From an uncultured Halomonas sp. (GTDB lineage: Bacteria > Pseudomonadota > Gammaproteobacteria > Pseudomonadales > Halomonadaceae), in the NCBI GenBank assembly GCA_947493865.1, contig CANLTC010000017.1, forward strand, positions 5,241 to 69,240: a DNA stretch of 64,000 nt, written 5' to 3'. Below are positions 19,762 through 30,275 of the stretch, in pieces. The notes beneath the pieces were generated by a model. It saw only the letters and a list, made by a program, of their open reading frames with translations. It ran no database searches and had not been told where the DNA came from. Numbering within the stretch: the first letter of the stretch is position 1; each line of letters starts with the position of its first letter. The position numbers and the translations under genes were made by a program.

Positions 19762-20919
19762 CTAGCGCAGTCGGGTGGCCCAGGCATCCAGGGTCCCATA
19801 CACACCCTCACGGATGCGTTGCCACCAGGAGCGACGCTTCCACTGCTGTGGCAGGATTTCATGGCTGCGGGCAAAGCGTTGCTCGAAGAGAGTCGCGATC
19901 TGACTGGCGAAGCCTGCATCCTGCACTTCCTGATTGGCCTCGAGGTTCCATTGCAGGCTCCAGTGATCGAAATTGCAGGAGCCGACGCTGACCCATTCAT
20001 CCACCAGAGAAAATTTGGCATGAATGAACATCGGTTGATGTTCGAAGATCCTGACGCCGGCGCGTAACAAGCGGCCATAAAAACGCTGACCCGCATAACG
20101 CACGCCAGGATGGTCATGGCTTTCGCCGGGCAGCAAGAGGCGTACGTCAACACCCCGCCGAGCCGCCCGTGCCAGGCGCCGCCGAAGACTCAAGGTGGGT
20201 ACGAAATAGGGTGTACATATCCAGATGCGCTGCCTTGCGTGCGCAATCTGATGCTGCAGCGAGAAGCGGATTGCCTGGTAACGATAGCCCTGCCCCCATA
20301 CTACTCGTCCGCGCATCCCGGGCTTATCGACAGGTGGCGTTTTCGTAGCACCCTGTCTGAGTCGCTGCGCATTCAAACGACGTGCCGAATGGTTTTTTGT
20401 TTCGCCGCGAGTAAGCGAAGAATTCCACAGAGACAGAAACAGCTTGACCCAGTCATCGACGACTGGGCCCTCGATACGTACCGCGATCTCGAACCAGCTT
20501 TCGAGAAACTCGTCAGTGGCGCCAAACCCGCCGGTAAAGGCCAACTGCTCGTCAATCACCAACAGTTTGCGATGATCTCGCGTCAGATTCTGACTCAAGC
20601 CCCGCCAGGCAAGGGGATTGAAAAAGCGTAATGTCACTCCGGCGTCGCGCAGGCGCTGGCGGTCCTGTTCATTCAACTGCATGGCACCGAAACCATCGAG
20701 CATCACGCGTACGCTGACACCGCGCTGCGCCGCTCGGCTCAGGGCATCGATAACCCGCTGCGTCAAACGCCCGGACTCCATGAGATAAAGTTCGAGCAGG
20801 ATCGATACGCGTGCACGTTCGATCGCCGACCGCATGGCCGGTAGATAACGTCGACTCCCGGGTAACAGCGTAAAATGGTTGCCCTCTTGCCAGGCGCTAC
20901 GCCGTATCTTGTTTCGCAT
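19762..20919 (-). CDS. Phospholipase D family protein (ClsB-like cardiolipin synthase)
   Basis: Two HKD motifs are present: DHRKLLVID and IHAKFSLVD. There is no TM segment. Confidence 0.8.
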   Translation of the reverse strand: MRNKIRRSAWQEGNHFTLLPGSRRYLPAMRSAIERARVSILLELYLMESGRLTQRVIDALSRAAQRGVSVRVMLDGFGAMQLNEQDRQRLRDAGVTLRFFNPLAWRGLSQNLTRDHRKLLVIDEQLAFTGGFGATDEFLESWFEIAVRIEGPVVDDWVKLFLSLWNSSLTRGETKNHSARRLNAQRLRQGATKTPPVDKPGMRGRVVWGQGYRYQAIRFSLQHQIAHARQRIWICTPYFVPTLSLRRRLARAARRGVDVRLLLPGESHDHPGVRYAGQRFYGRLLRAGVRIFEHQPMFIHAKFSLVDEWVSVGSCNFDHWSLQWNLEANQEVQDAGFASQIATLFEQRFARSHEILPQQWKRRSWWQRIREGVYGTLDAWATRLR

Positions 20920-21077
20920 CGCCTATTCTCATTGGTATATTGATTTCAGCGACCCCGATCGGCTGCATTCTCTGAATGTCACGTCAATTAAGTGCATGTC
21001 GCCATAGGACTTTATCGCCCAACGGCGCCTCGTCTTTAACCCGTGTTCGCTCCAGGGATTCTCACCCATGGACAACG

Positions 21078-21842
21078 CTAGGCCTTGAGCGTGCGATGCA
21101 CATAGAGATCATAGCGGCTGGTCTTGCCTTCAATGACGTGAGCAGGCTTTGGCCCGGCTATGGGTGGCGCCTGTCGCGGCCGTTTGACTACTACCCGATG
21201 GGTTGCCACTGACAGGGCGGCTTCGAGCAGTTGCGGAGCATCGTCGTCGTCCCCCGCCAAGGCGCGAAACAGACGCATCTCTTTCTTGACCAGCGCGGAT
21301 TTGCTGCGATGGGGAAACATTGGATCGAGGTGAACGACCTGAGGGTCGAAGCCCGTCTCGGACACCACCCGATGCAGCTCTCTCGCCGAGTCGGCATGGG
21401 CTAGTCGCAGTCGTGCAGCGACGGATTGAATTTCATCGTCACTCCTGGCGCGACTCAGTGCATCTTCGAGTAGTGCAAAGATTGCCGGCGATCGTTCGAT
21501 CATCAGCACCTCGGCGCCAAGACCCGCCAGTACGAAGGCGTCTCGCCCAAGCCCTGCGGTCGCATCGACAATGCGCGGTGTCACCCCGTTGCCAAGTCCA
21601 CAAGCCTTGGCAACGAGCTGGCCCCGGCCACCACCGAAACGCCGGCGATGATCCGCCTTGCCCAGGACGAAATCCGCGACTAGGGGTTTGCCATACTCCG
21701 CCGGAGGGCCTGCAAGCGCCAACCCCTGAGCCGTGGCGATCAGTGCCAGCCCTTCCGCTGGGCGTATCGGCTCCCAAGGCAGGTTCAGCCGTTCAGCCAG
21801 CTCCCGTAGCGCTTCACCTACCACAACGATGGCCGCGCTCAT
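21078..21842 (-). CDS. rsmJ: 16S rRNA (guanine1516-N2)-methyltransferase RsmJ
   Basis: It carries the SAM-MTase motif DATAGLGRDAFVLAGLG and resembles RsmJ along its length. The ATG at 21842 overlaps the uppP stop (ATGA). Confidence 0.8.
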   Translation of the reverse strand: MSAAIVVVGEALRELAERLNLPWEPIRPAEGLALIATAQGLALAGPPAEYGKPLVADFVLGKADHRRRFGGGRGQLVAKACGLGNGVTPRIVDATAGLGRDAFVLAGLGAEVLMIERSPAIFALLEDALSRARSDDEIQSVAARLRLAHADSARELHRVVSETGFDPQVVHLDPMFPHRSKSALVKKEMRLFRALAGDDDDAPQLLEAALSVATHRVVVKRPRQAPPIAGPKPAHVIEGKTSRYDLYVHRTLKA

Positions 21843-22654
21843 GCCACCCAAAGTAGCAGCAATATTATTCCCAGTATCAGACGATAGATCACGAAGGGCA
21901 GCATGCCGATACGATCGAGGGCGGCAAGAAACAGCTTGATGCACACCAGGGCGGCAACGAACGAGAGGATGGCGCCTATCGCAACGTCATTGATCGCAGC
22001 ATCAGTGCCTGTCTGAGCAAGTTCCATCCCTTTAAGCGTACCCGCGGCAAGGATCAGTGGAATCGACAACAGGAATGAGAAGCGCGCCGAGCTCAAACGA
22101 TCAAAGCCCAGCAATAGTGCCGCCGTGATGGTAATACCCGAGCGCGACGTACCAGGAATAAGCGCCAGCGCCTGAAACAACCCGATGATCAGCGCTGCCT
22201 TGAAAGTCAGGCTGAGCAGATCGCGATTGCGCGTTCCTCGCACGTCTGCCCACCAGAGCAGCAAGCCGAAAGCCAGGGTAGTGATGGCAATGACCAGGGA
22301 GGAGCGCAGCGATGTTTCGATCAGACCGTTGAACAACGCCCCGGCGATCACTGCGGGCAGTGTTGCCAACAGTATCATCCAGCCCAGCCGACTCGCCTCG
22401 GACTGGCGGGCTGCCAGCGATCCAGAACCTGCAAACTGGCCAAACCAGCCCTTGAGGATGTCGATCACCTCATGCCGAAACGCCATTATCACCGCCGCCA
22501 GAGTACCGACATGGACCGCAACGTCGAAAGCAAGTCCCTGGTCGGGCCAACCTAGAATCTGAGAAGGCAGAATCAGGTGCGCTGAAGAGGAAATAGGTAA
22601 AAATTCGGTTAGCCCTTGAATAAGAGCCAGCGCCACAAGCTGTAGCCAATCCAT
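21839..22654 (-). CDS. uppP: Undecaprenyl-diphosphate phosphatase
   Basis: 271 aa polytopic protein with BacA/UppP signatures (QGLTEFLPISSSAHL, PGTSRSG). Confidence 0.95.
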   Translation of the reverse strand: MDWLQLVALALIQGLTEFLPISSSAHLILPSQILGWPDQGLAFDVAVHVGTLAAVIMAFRHEVIDILKGWFGQFAGSGSLAARQSEASRLGWMILLATLPAVIAGALFNGLIETSLRSSLVIAITTLAFGLLLWWADVRGTRNRDLLSLTFKAALIIGLFQALALIPGTSRSGITITAALLLGFDRLSSARFSFLLSIPLILAAGTLKGMELAQTGTDAAINDVAIGAILSFVAALVCIKLFLAALDRIGMLPFVIYRLILGIILLLLWVA

Positions 22655-22689
22655 CGATATGTCCCGTTATAGTTCAAAATGTCGTTATA

Positions 22690-23382
22690 TTAGCCGCGCT
22701 TGATAGCGACTTGATCCCGTAAGTAAACCGGTATCACCTCCTGAGGAGGGCGGCCTTCCTGGGCATCGAAGGCTCTGGCCGCCAGCCGCACCATGGCGGC
22801 GGCGTCAGGTTGTGGATCGACGAAGCACTGATTGATTCCGGTCTTGACCTCTATCGGCATGTCTTCCCATAAACTCCAGCCGGAACCGACTCCGCACCAC
22901 TGCGCCCCCTGGTTTGCGGGGGGTAATTCCAATGATTGAGGCGGCATGACTGCATCGGCCATCACGGGTGTCACGGCGTCGTCTTGACAGTGGTAGGCAC
23001 CCACATAGATCTCGCTCATGCGGGCATCAAGGGCGGAAATGACATGGCGCAGGTGATAACGTCGATGAGCCGCAAGCGCCAGCGCCGCAAGCGTCGAAAC
23101 GCCAATCAGCGGACGCTCGAGAGCGAAGGCAAGGCCTTGAGCCACACCAGCCGCGATACGCAAGCCGGTAAAAGAACCCGGCCCTTGGCCATAGGCCAAG
23201 GCATCGAGGTCGGTGAGCGCTACCTGTGCCTCGGTCAGAACATCATCGATCATTGGCATCAGCCGGCGAGTATGCTCCCGTGGCGCCAGCGCAAACCGAG
23301 AGAAAACCTCACCGTCGCGCCATACTGCACAGGAGCAAGCGCTCGAGGAGGCATCAAGGGCCAGCAACATTGCCATGCGCAT
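22690..23382 (-). CDS. tsaB: tRNA t6A37 biosynthesis protein TsaB
   Basis: 230 aa with a YeaZ-like N-terminus (LLALDASSSACSCAV) and GPGSFTGLRI. The start could equally be either of two nearby ATGs. Confidence 0.88.
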   Translation of the reverse strand: MRMAMLLALDASSSACSCAVWRDGEVFSRFALAPREHTRRLMPMIDDVLTEAQVALTDLDALAYGQGPGSFTGLRIAAGVAQGLAFALERPLIGVSTLAALALAAHRRYHLRHVISALDARMSEIYVGAYHCQDDAVTPVMADAVMPPQSLELPPANQGAQWCGVGSGWSLWEDMPIEVKTGINQCFVDPQPDAAAMVRLAARAFDAQEGRPPQEVIPVYLRDQVAIKRG

Positions 23383-23450
23383 TCACCATCGAGAATTGAG
23401 TGCGCATTATACGACTAGCACTGTCCTGGCAAAACCCGCCGCGTCAAACG

Positions 23451-23480
23451 CACTGGCCCGGGGTAATCCCCGGGCCAGTG
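23451..23480 (-). terminator. Perfect 13-bp-stem hairpin downstream of adk
   Basis: The sequence is cactggcccgggg taat ccccgggccagtg, 20 nt after the adk stop. The U-tract is poor. Confidence 0.4.
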
Positions 23481-23499
23481 CGTTGCCATCCTATCGGCG

Positions 23500-24192
<693 letters not shown>

Positions 24193-24354
24193 TTACCAGA
24201 GTAACATTACGTCCGACAATACGTGGGCCCAGTGGTGCAGACAAGCACACTATGGTCGCAGGACAGCCCATGTTACTTACTGTAGCGTCCATCACAGGCC
24301 TTGCCATTAACACTTTGGTCTGGCCAGAACAGACGTAAATCGAGCATTGGTATC

Positions 24355-24382
24355 AAAAAAGGCGGCCTCAAGAGGCCGCCTT
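24355..24382 (-). terminator. Rho-independent terminator of aceF
   Basis: Hairpin aaggcggcctc aa gaggccgcctt followed by a T-run on the minus strand. Confidence 0.7.
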
Positions 24383-24402
24383 GGTCGGCATTGCGTGTAC
24401 TT

Positions 24403-26529
24403 TTACAACAGCAGACGCCGAATGTCGCTCAGCAACTGTCCCAGCAATGCGGTGAAGCGTGCCGCATCGGCACCGTTGACGGCGCGGTGATCGTAGGACA
24501 GGCACAGTGGCATCATCAGTCTTGGAACGAATGTCTCCCCGTTCCACACCGGCTCCATCTGGGACTTGGAAACCCCCAGAATGGCAACCTCGGGTGTATT
24601 GACGATGGGTGTGAACGCATTCCCGCCAATCGAGCCCAGGCTGGAGATGGTAAAGCAGGCACCCTGCATTTCCTCCCGCTTGAGCTTCTTGGACTGCGCC
24701 TTCTTGGCGAGCTCCACGGACTCCTTGGCCAGATCGATCAGCGACTTCTTGTCCGCATCACGAATCACCGGCACCATGAGGCCGTTCGGCGTATCCACCG
24801 CCACCGCGATATGCACGTATTTCTTCCAGACTATCTTGTCACCGTCCGGGTGCAGGCTGACGTTGAACTGCGGATACTGGCGCAGCGCGAAGGCGCAAGC
24901 CTTGATCAGGAACGGCAGCGGCGTGAGCTTGGCGCCCTGAGCCTCGGCTTCGGCCTTCATCGACTTGCGGAAGGCTTCAAGCTCAGTGATGTCCGCCTTA
25001 TCGAACTGGGTCACATGCGGCACGTTCAACCAGCTACGATGCAGATTGTCTGCGCCGAGCTTGAGCAGACGACCCATCGGCTGCTCTTCGACTTCACCAA
25101 ACTGGCTGAAATCGACAGCCGGTACCTGAGGAATGCCTGACCCGCCAGAAGGCGCCGCTGAACCCGCAGCCTCGCCCTGGCCTTTCATCGCCTGCTTGAC
25201 GAAGGCTTGAACGTCCTCCTTGAGCACCCGCTCCTTGGGGCCACTGGGTTTGACCCTGGCCAGATCGACACCCAATTCCCGCGCCAGCATACGCACCGCC
25301 GGGCCGGCATGAACCAGCTTGCCATCCCGGGGTTTCTGGTCGGCGGCCTGGGACTGCCTGGATTCATCCTCGCTCTTCTTGGTCTGGGTCTGCTCCGAGG
25401 ACTTTTCGGATTTGGCCGACTGCTGCTCGGACTGTTCTGCCTTTTTCGGCTTGTCCTGCTTGGACTTGTCCTTCTTGGACTTGTCCTTCTTCGATTTGTC
25501 TTGCTTGCCCTCGGAGGCCACTTCAATGTATCCGATCAAGTCGCCTTCTGAAACGGTGTCGCCTTCCTTGACGGAAAGCTCGACGAGCTTGCCCTTGTAG
25601 GGACTCGGCACATCCATGGAGGCCTTGTCGGACTCCAGGGTGATCAACGGGTCTTCCTTGTCGATCTCGTCGCCTTCGGACACCGCCATCTCGATGATCG
25701 GCACATTCTCGCTGCCGCTGATATCGGGAACGCGAATCTCCTTGCGCTCCGGCTCACCGCTACCGGAGTCGTCGTCTTCGCTATCGGTGTCGTCGTCTTC
25801 CTCTTCGGAAGCCTCGTCACCACTTTCCGCCGACGGCTGTTGAGTCTCTTCCTCGGCGTCGTCCTGATCGTCGTCGCCCTCGTCACCCTCACCGGCGATT
25901 TCCATGGTGCCGATGACATCGCCTTCCGAGACCTTGTCACCTTCCTTGACTGCCAGGGACACGAGCTTGCCGCTATAGGGGCTTGGCACGTCCATGGAGG
26001 CCTTGTCAGACTCCAGGGTGATCAATGAGTCTTCTTCGCTGACGTCGTCGCCTTCGGACACCGCAATCTCGATGATCTCGACATCGGAGCTGTCGCCGAT
26101 GTCCGGCACCTTGACCTCGACGGTACGCTTGCCGCCAGAGGAAGATTTCCGCTTCTTCGATGACTTGTCGTCCTTGTCGGTGTCTTCGGTGTCGTCAGCC
26201 TTGGACTCCTGCTCGACATCCGATTCACCCGAAGGCTCTTCATCGGACTGCTTGGAATCCTTGTCGTCGTCGGCATCGTCGTCACCCGAGCCTTCCGCTT
26301 CGAGTTCGAGGATATCGTCGCCTTCGGAAACGGTATCGCCTTCCTTGACCAGCACCTTGACCACCTTGCCGCCCTTGGGCGCTGGTATGTCCATACTGGC
26401 CTTGTCGGATTCCAGAGTGATCATGGTGTCTTCAGGCTCGATCACATCGCCTTCGGACACCGCGATCTCGATGATTTCGACATCGGAGCTGTCGCCGATG
26501 TCGGGAACTTTGATGATTTCGCTACTCAA
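24403..26529 (-). CDS. aceF: Pyruvate dehydrogenase E2 dihydrolipoyllysine acetyltransferase with three lipoyl domains
   Basis: Three repeats of the lipoyl motif (ESDKASMD[IV]P), a peripheral subunit-binding domain and a catalytic C-terminus (DHRAVNGA). It lies directly downstream of aceE. Confidence 0.97.
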   Translation of the reverse strand: MSSEIIKVPDIGDSSDVEIIEIAVSEGDVIEPEDTMITLESDKASMDIPAPKGGKVVKVLVKEGDTVSEGDDILELEAEGSGDDDADDDKDSKQSDEEPSGESDVEQESKADDTEDTDKDDKSSKKRKSSSGGKRTVEVKVPDIGDSSDVEIIEIAVSEGDDVSEEDSLITLESDKASMDVPSPYSGKLVSLAVKEGDKVSEGDVIGTMEIAGEGDEGDDDQDDAEEETQQPSAESGDEASEEEDDDTDSEDDDSGSGEPERKEIRVPDISGSENVPIIEMAVSEGDEIDKEDPLITLESDKASMDVPSPYKGKLVELSVKEGDTVSEGDLIGYIEVASEGKQDKSKKDKSKKDKSKQDKPKKAEQSEQQSAKSEKSSEQTQTKKSEDESRQSQAADQKPRDGKLVHAGPAVRMLARELGVDLARVKPSGPKERVLKEDVQAFVKQAMKGQGEAAGSAAPSGGSGIPQVPAVDFSQFGEVEEQPMGRLLKLGADNLHRSWLNVPHVTQFDKADITELEAFRKSMKAEAEAQGAKLTPLPFLIKACAFALRQYPQFNVSLHPDGDKIVWKKYVHIAVAVDTPNGLMVPVIRDADKKSLIDLAKESVELAKKAQSKKLKREEMQGACFTISSLGSIGGNAFTPIVNTPEVAILGVSKSQMEPVWNGETFVPRLMMPLCLSYDHRAVNGADAARFTALLGQLLSDIRRLLL

Positions 26530-26640
26530 GGTCGCGCTCCTTTCTAATCGTGCTCACCGTTGGTGCAAATCCTGAGAGGAAGGCTCGGGCCATCTTCCTT
26601 TTTAGCGTAGCCCGAACCGACCAGGATGTTCACTGCCTCC

Positions 26641-29325
26641 TCACGAGACCAACGGGTTGGGCTTGTTTGGATCGATGCCATACTTCTTGAGAGCATCCGC
26701 TACGACCTTGCGCTCGATCTCGCCACGGTCGGCCAAGGCCTTGAGCGCCGCCACGGTCACGAAATAGCGATCGACTTCGAAGAAGTAACGCAGCTTTTCG
26801 CGGGTATCGGAACGGCCATAGCCATCGGTGCCGAGCACGTGATAGTCCGTGGGCACCCAGGCGCGAACCTGATCGGAAAACAGCTTCATGTAGTCCGTGG
26901 CGGCGACGGCCGGCCCCTTGCGCCCTTCCAGACACCGCGTGACGTGCGGCTTGCCCGGTTCATCCTCGGGCTTGAGGAAGGCCTGACGATCGACCTCGAG
27001 CGCCTCGCGACGCAGCTCGTTGAAGCTGGTCACACTCCAGATATCGGAGCTGATCCCATACTCCTCCTTGAGGATCTCGGCCGCAGCTTCGACCTCGCGC
27101 AGAATGACACCGCTACCCAGCAGTTGCACATGGCCTTTGTCTTTCTTGCCCGCCACTTCCCGCAGCAGGTACATGCCCTTGATGATGTCCTGTTCGGTCC
27201 CTTCCTGAATCTCGGGATGCGGGTAGTTCTCGTTCATCAAGGTAATGTAGTAGAAGCAGTTTTCCTTGTCCTGAAACATCCGCTTCAGGCCGTCCTGGAT
27301 GATCACCGCCAGTTCATGGCCATAGGCTGGATCGTAGCTGCGACAGTTGGGGATGGTGGACGCCAGGATGTGACTGTGGCCATCCTGGTGCTGCAGGCCT
27401 TCGCCGTTGAGCGGGGTACGTCCAGCCGTACCACCCATCATGAAGCCGCGGGCTTGCATGTCGCCGGCCAGCCAGGCCAGATCGCCGATGCGCTGGAAGC
27501 CGAACATCGAGTAGTAGATATAGAACGGCAGCAGCGGCAGATGGTGATTGGCGTAAGAGGTCGCCGCCGCGATCCAGGCGGACATGGCGCCGGCTTCGGT
27601 GATGCCTTCCTCGAGAATCTGACCCGCCTTGTCCTCGCGGTAGTACATGATCTGACCGGCATCCATGGGCTCGTACTTCTGCCCTTCGGCGGTGTAGATA
27701 CCGAGCTGGCGGAACATGCCCTCCATGCCGAAGGTGCGCGCTTCATCGGGAATGATGGGCACGACCTGCTTGCCGAAGGTCTTGTTCTTGACCAGACCGT
27801 TCAGAATGCGCACGAAGGCCATGGTGGTGGAGATCTCGCGGTCCCCGGAACCCTTGGTCTGGTTCGAGAACATCTTGTCGTCGAGTCCAGGAATCTCGAT
27901 GGCCTCGAAATCGCTCTTGCGCGCCGGCAAGTAGCCACCCAGTTCTTCGCGGCGCTGCTGCATGTACTTGATTTCCGGCGCGTCATCCGCCGGCTTGTAA
28001 TACGGCATATCGCCACTGTCGAGCTGTTCATCGGTCACCGGGATGCTGAAGCGATCACGGAACACCTTCAGCGCCTCGGTATCCATCGACTTGATCTGGT
28101 GGGCTTCCATGTCGGCTTCACCGGAACCGCCCCCCATGCCATAGCCCTTGACCGTGTGGGCCAGCACCACGGTGGGTCGACCGTTGGCGTTGTTCACCGC
28201 CTCGTGATAGGCCGCATAGACCTTGTACGGGTCGTGACCGCCGCGATTGAGCTTCCAGATATCCTCATCGCTCATGTCCTCGACCATGGCTTTGGTCTCG
28301 GGATGCTTGCCGAAGAAGTTCTCGCGGGTATAGGCGCCGCCCTGGGCCTTGCAGTTCTGGTACTCGCCATCGACGGTTTCGTCCATGAGCTGTTGCAGCA
28401 CGCCCTTCTTGTCCTGTTCGAACAAGGGATCCCACAGCCGCCCCCAGACCACCTTGATGACATTCCAGCCGGCACCACGGAATACGCCTTCGAGTTCGTC
28501 CATGATCCGGGAGTTGCCGCGCACCGGGCCATCGAGACGCTGCAGGTTGCAGTTGACGACGAAAATCAGGTTGTCGAGCTTTTCCCGGCTTGCCAGGTGC
28601 AGCGCACCTAGGGACTCCGGCTCGTCGCACTCGCCGTCGCCCAGAAAGGCCCAGATCTTGCGATCATGCATTGGCTGAAGGCCGCGGGCATCCAGATACT
28701 TCATGACGTGGGCTTGATAGATCGCGGTGATCGGCCCTAGCCCCATGGAAACCGTGGGGAACTGCCAGTAATCCGGCATCAGCCACGGGTGCGGATAGGA
28801 GGACAAGCCGTCGCCGTCGACTTCCTGACGGAACTTGTCCATCTGCTCCTGGGTGAGGCGCCCTTCCAGGAAAGAACGGGCATAGATACCCGGCGAGCTA
28901 TGACCCTGGATATAGATCAGATCGCCCTTGAAATCGCCGTTGGCGGCTCGGAAGAAGTGATTGAAGCCCACCTCATAAAGAGTGGCGCTGGACATGTAGC
29001 TGGCAAGGTGGCCGCCCAATCCGGGATGCTTCTTGTTGGTACGGATGACCTGTGCCGCCATGTTCCACCGAATCAGCGAACGAATTCGCCGCTCCATGAA
29101 CATGTCCCCGGGCAGGCGGGCCTCGCGATGAATGGGGATACTGTTGCGATGCGGTGTCGTCACCGAAAAGGGCACTTTCACGCCATCACGACGCAGACGG
29201 TCGGCCAGCCTGCTCAGCACGTAGTGAGCACGCTCTTCGCCTTCATGATCCAGTAACGACTCCAGGGAATCCAACCATTCCTTGGTCTCGACCGGATCGA
29301 GATCCTCTCTTGCCTCCAGACTCAT
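26641..29325 (-). CDS. aceE: Pyruvate dehydrogenase E1 component (homodimeric type)
   Basis: 894 aa resembling AceE throughout, with a ThDP motif region (GDGECDEPES). Confidence 0.97.
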   Translation of the reverse strand: MSLEAREDLDPVETKEWLDSLESLLDHEGEERAHYVLSRLADRLRRDGVKVPFSVTTPHRNSIPIHREARLPGDMFMERRIRSLIRWNMAAQVIRTNKKHPGLGGHLASYMSSATLYEVGFNHFFRAANGDFKGDLIYIQGHSSPGIYARSFLEGRLTQEQMDKFRQEVDGDGLSSYPHPWLMPDYWQFPTVSMGLGPITAIYQAHVMKYLDARGLQPMHDRKIWAFLGDGECDEPESLGALHLASREKLDNLIFVVNCNLQRLDGPVRGNSRIMDELEGVFRGAGWNVIKVVWGRLWDPLFEQDKKGVLQQLMDETVDGEYQNCKAQGGAYTRENFFGKHPETKAMVEDMSDEDIWKLNRGGHDPYKVYAAYHEAVNNANGRPTVVLAHTVKGYGMGGGSGEADMEAHQIKSMDTEALKVFRDRFSIPVTDEQLDSGDMPYYKPADDAPEIKYMQQRREELGGYLPARKSDFEAIEIPGLDDKMFSNQTKGSGDREISTTMAFVRILNGLVKNKTFGKQVVPIIPDEARTFGMEGMFRQLGIYTAEGQKYEPMDAGQIMYYREDKAGQILEEGITEAGAMSAWIAAATSYANHHLPLLPFYIYYSMFGFQRIGDLAWLAGDMQARGFMMGGTAGRTPLNGEGLQHQDGHSHILASTIPNCRSYDPAYGHELAVIIQDGLKRMFQDKENCFYYITLMNENYPHPEIQEGTEQDIIKGMYLLREVAGKKDKGHVQLLGSGVILREVEAAAEILKEEYGISSDIWSVTSFNELRREALEVDRQAFLKPEDEPGKPHVTRCLEGRKGPAVAATDYMKLFSDQVRAWVPTDYHVLGTDGYGRSDTREKLRYFFEVDRYFVTVAALKALADRGEIERKVVADALKKYGIDPNKPNPLVS

Positions 29326-29639
29326 AGATGTCTCTCCGAATCACGATGTGATGTCAATCTGCCCTTCACGGTGCTGAAAAGGACCAGTAATCTCTTGATT
29401 TGGCACTTGCGCCGGAACGCCGCCGACACCATGTAATTTATTTACAAATACACACCATAAATACATGGATGTAGGTCAGAAAGATACCGTAAACCGCTCC
29501 TGCTGCCAATTGAAACAACCATGAAAATAATTTCCACAAACTATATTGCATAGCAACATTAAGGTCTTGCGACTAACGCTGAGACTTGCTCACTCTCTTC
29601 CACTACTCATGTAGTACTGCTACCCGGTGTCCACTCCTG

Positions 29640-30188
29640 TTACAGACAACGCTGCAGGTACTGCCAATCGAAGGCAGGACCAGGATCGCTCTTGCGCAAC
29701 GGGGCGATCCGCGCATGGCTAGTGATACGTGCCTGGGTGAGCGCCGGATAGGCACTCATCAACGCATTGATCACCTGGGCCAGATTACGGTACTGACGTT
29801 CCATGTAAGGGTGAATTTCATCGCCTTCCAACTCGATGCCAATGCTGAAGTCATTGAGTCCGCGACGCTGCCGCTGGCCATCCTGCCAACAGGAACGCCC
29901 TGCGTGCCAGGCACGTTTGTCGAAAGGCACGAACTGCACCAGCTCGCCGTCTCGGCGAATCAACAGATGCGCCGAAACCTTCAAGCCTTTGAGATTAGCA
30001 AAGTAGGAATGCGCCGAAAGATCAAGAGAATTGGTAAATAGCTTTTCAATGGCCTCGCCGCCGAACTGCCCCGGCGGCAGGCTGATGGAATGCAGAACCA
30101 GCGCGGAAATCTCATCGTCAGGGCGCTCGTTGAAATTGGGTGACGCTACGCGCCTGGCGTGCTGTAACCAGTTCGCCTCGATTCGCAT
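29640..30188 (-). CDS. ampD: 1,6-anhydro-N-acetylmuramyl-L-alanine amidase AmpD
   Basis: 182 aa with an Amidase_2 fold (SPNFNERP ... HSISLPPG ... AWHAG ... ITSHARIAP). Confidence 0.9.
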   Translation of the reverse strand: MRIEANWLQHARRVASPNFNERPDDEISALVLHSISLPPGQFGGEAIEKLFTNSLDLSAHSYFANLKGLKVSAHLLIRRDGELVQFVPFDKRAWHAGRSCWQDGQRQRRGLNDFSIGIELEGDEIHPYMERQYRNLAQVINALMSAYPALTQARITSHARIAPLRKSDPGPAFDWQYLQRCL

Positions 30189-30275
30189 GCTGGACTCCCT
30201 GCCGAATTCTTGTGGCTTTCTTTATACTGTGACCATTGTCGCATAGGAAGCGCCGAAGAAATCGCCCAGTGGTTC

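Noticed and set aside
19762-20919. I considered the PLD-family protein as a possible defence nuclease.
   Set aside because: Its two HKD motifs and size fit ClsB-type cardiolipin/phospholipid synthases. It has no associated helicase, methylase or mobile-element genes.
25616-26575. Plus-strand ORFs encode repeated MEALSDSRVIN... peptides.
   Set aside because: They are antisense images of the three repeated lipoyl domains of aceF on the minus strand and are not independent genes.
26626-28611. A 661-aa ORF on the plus strand, antisense to aceE.
   Set aside because: It lies entirely inside the well-supported aceE gene. Its translation is Arg/Gly/Ala/His-rich low-complexity sequence typical of antisense frames in GC-rich DNA, and it has no recognisable motifs.
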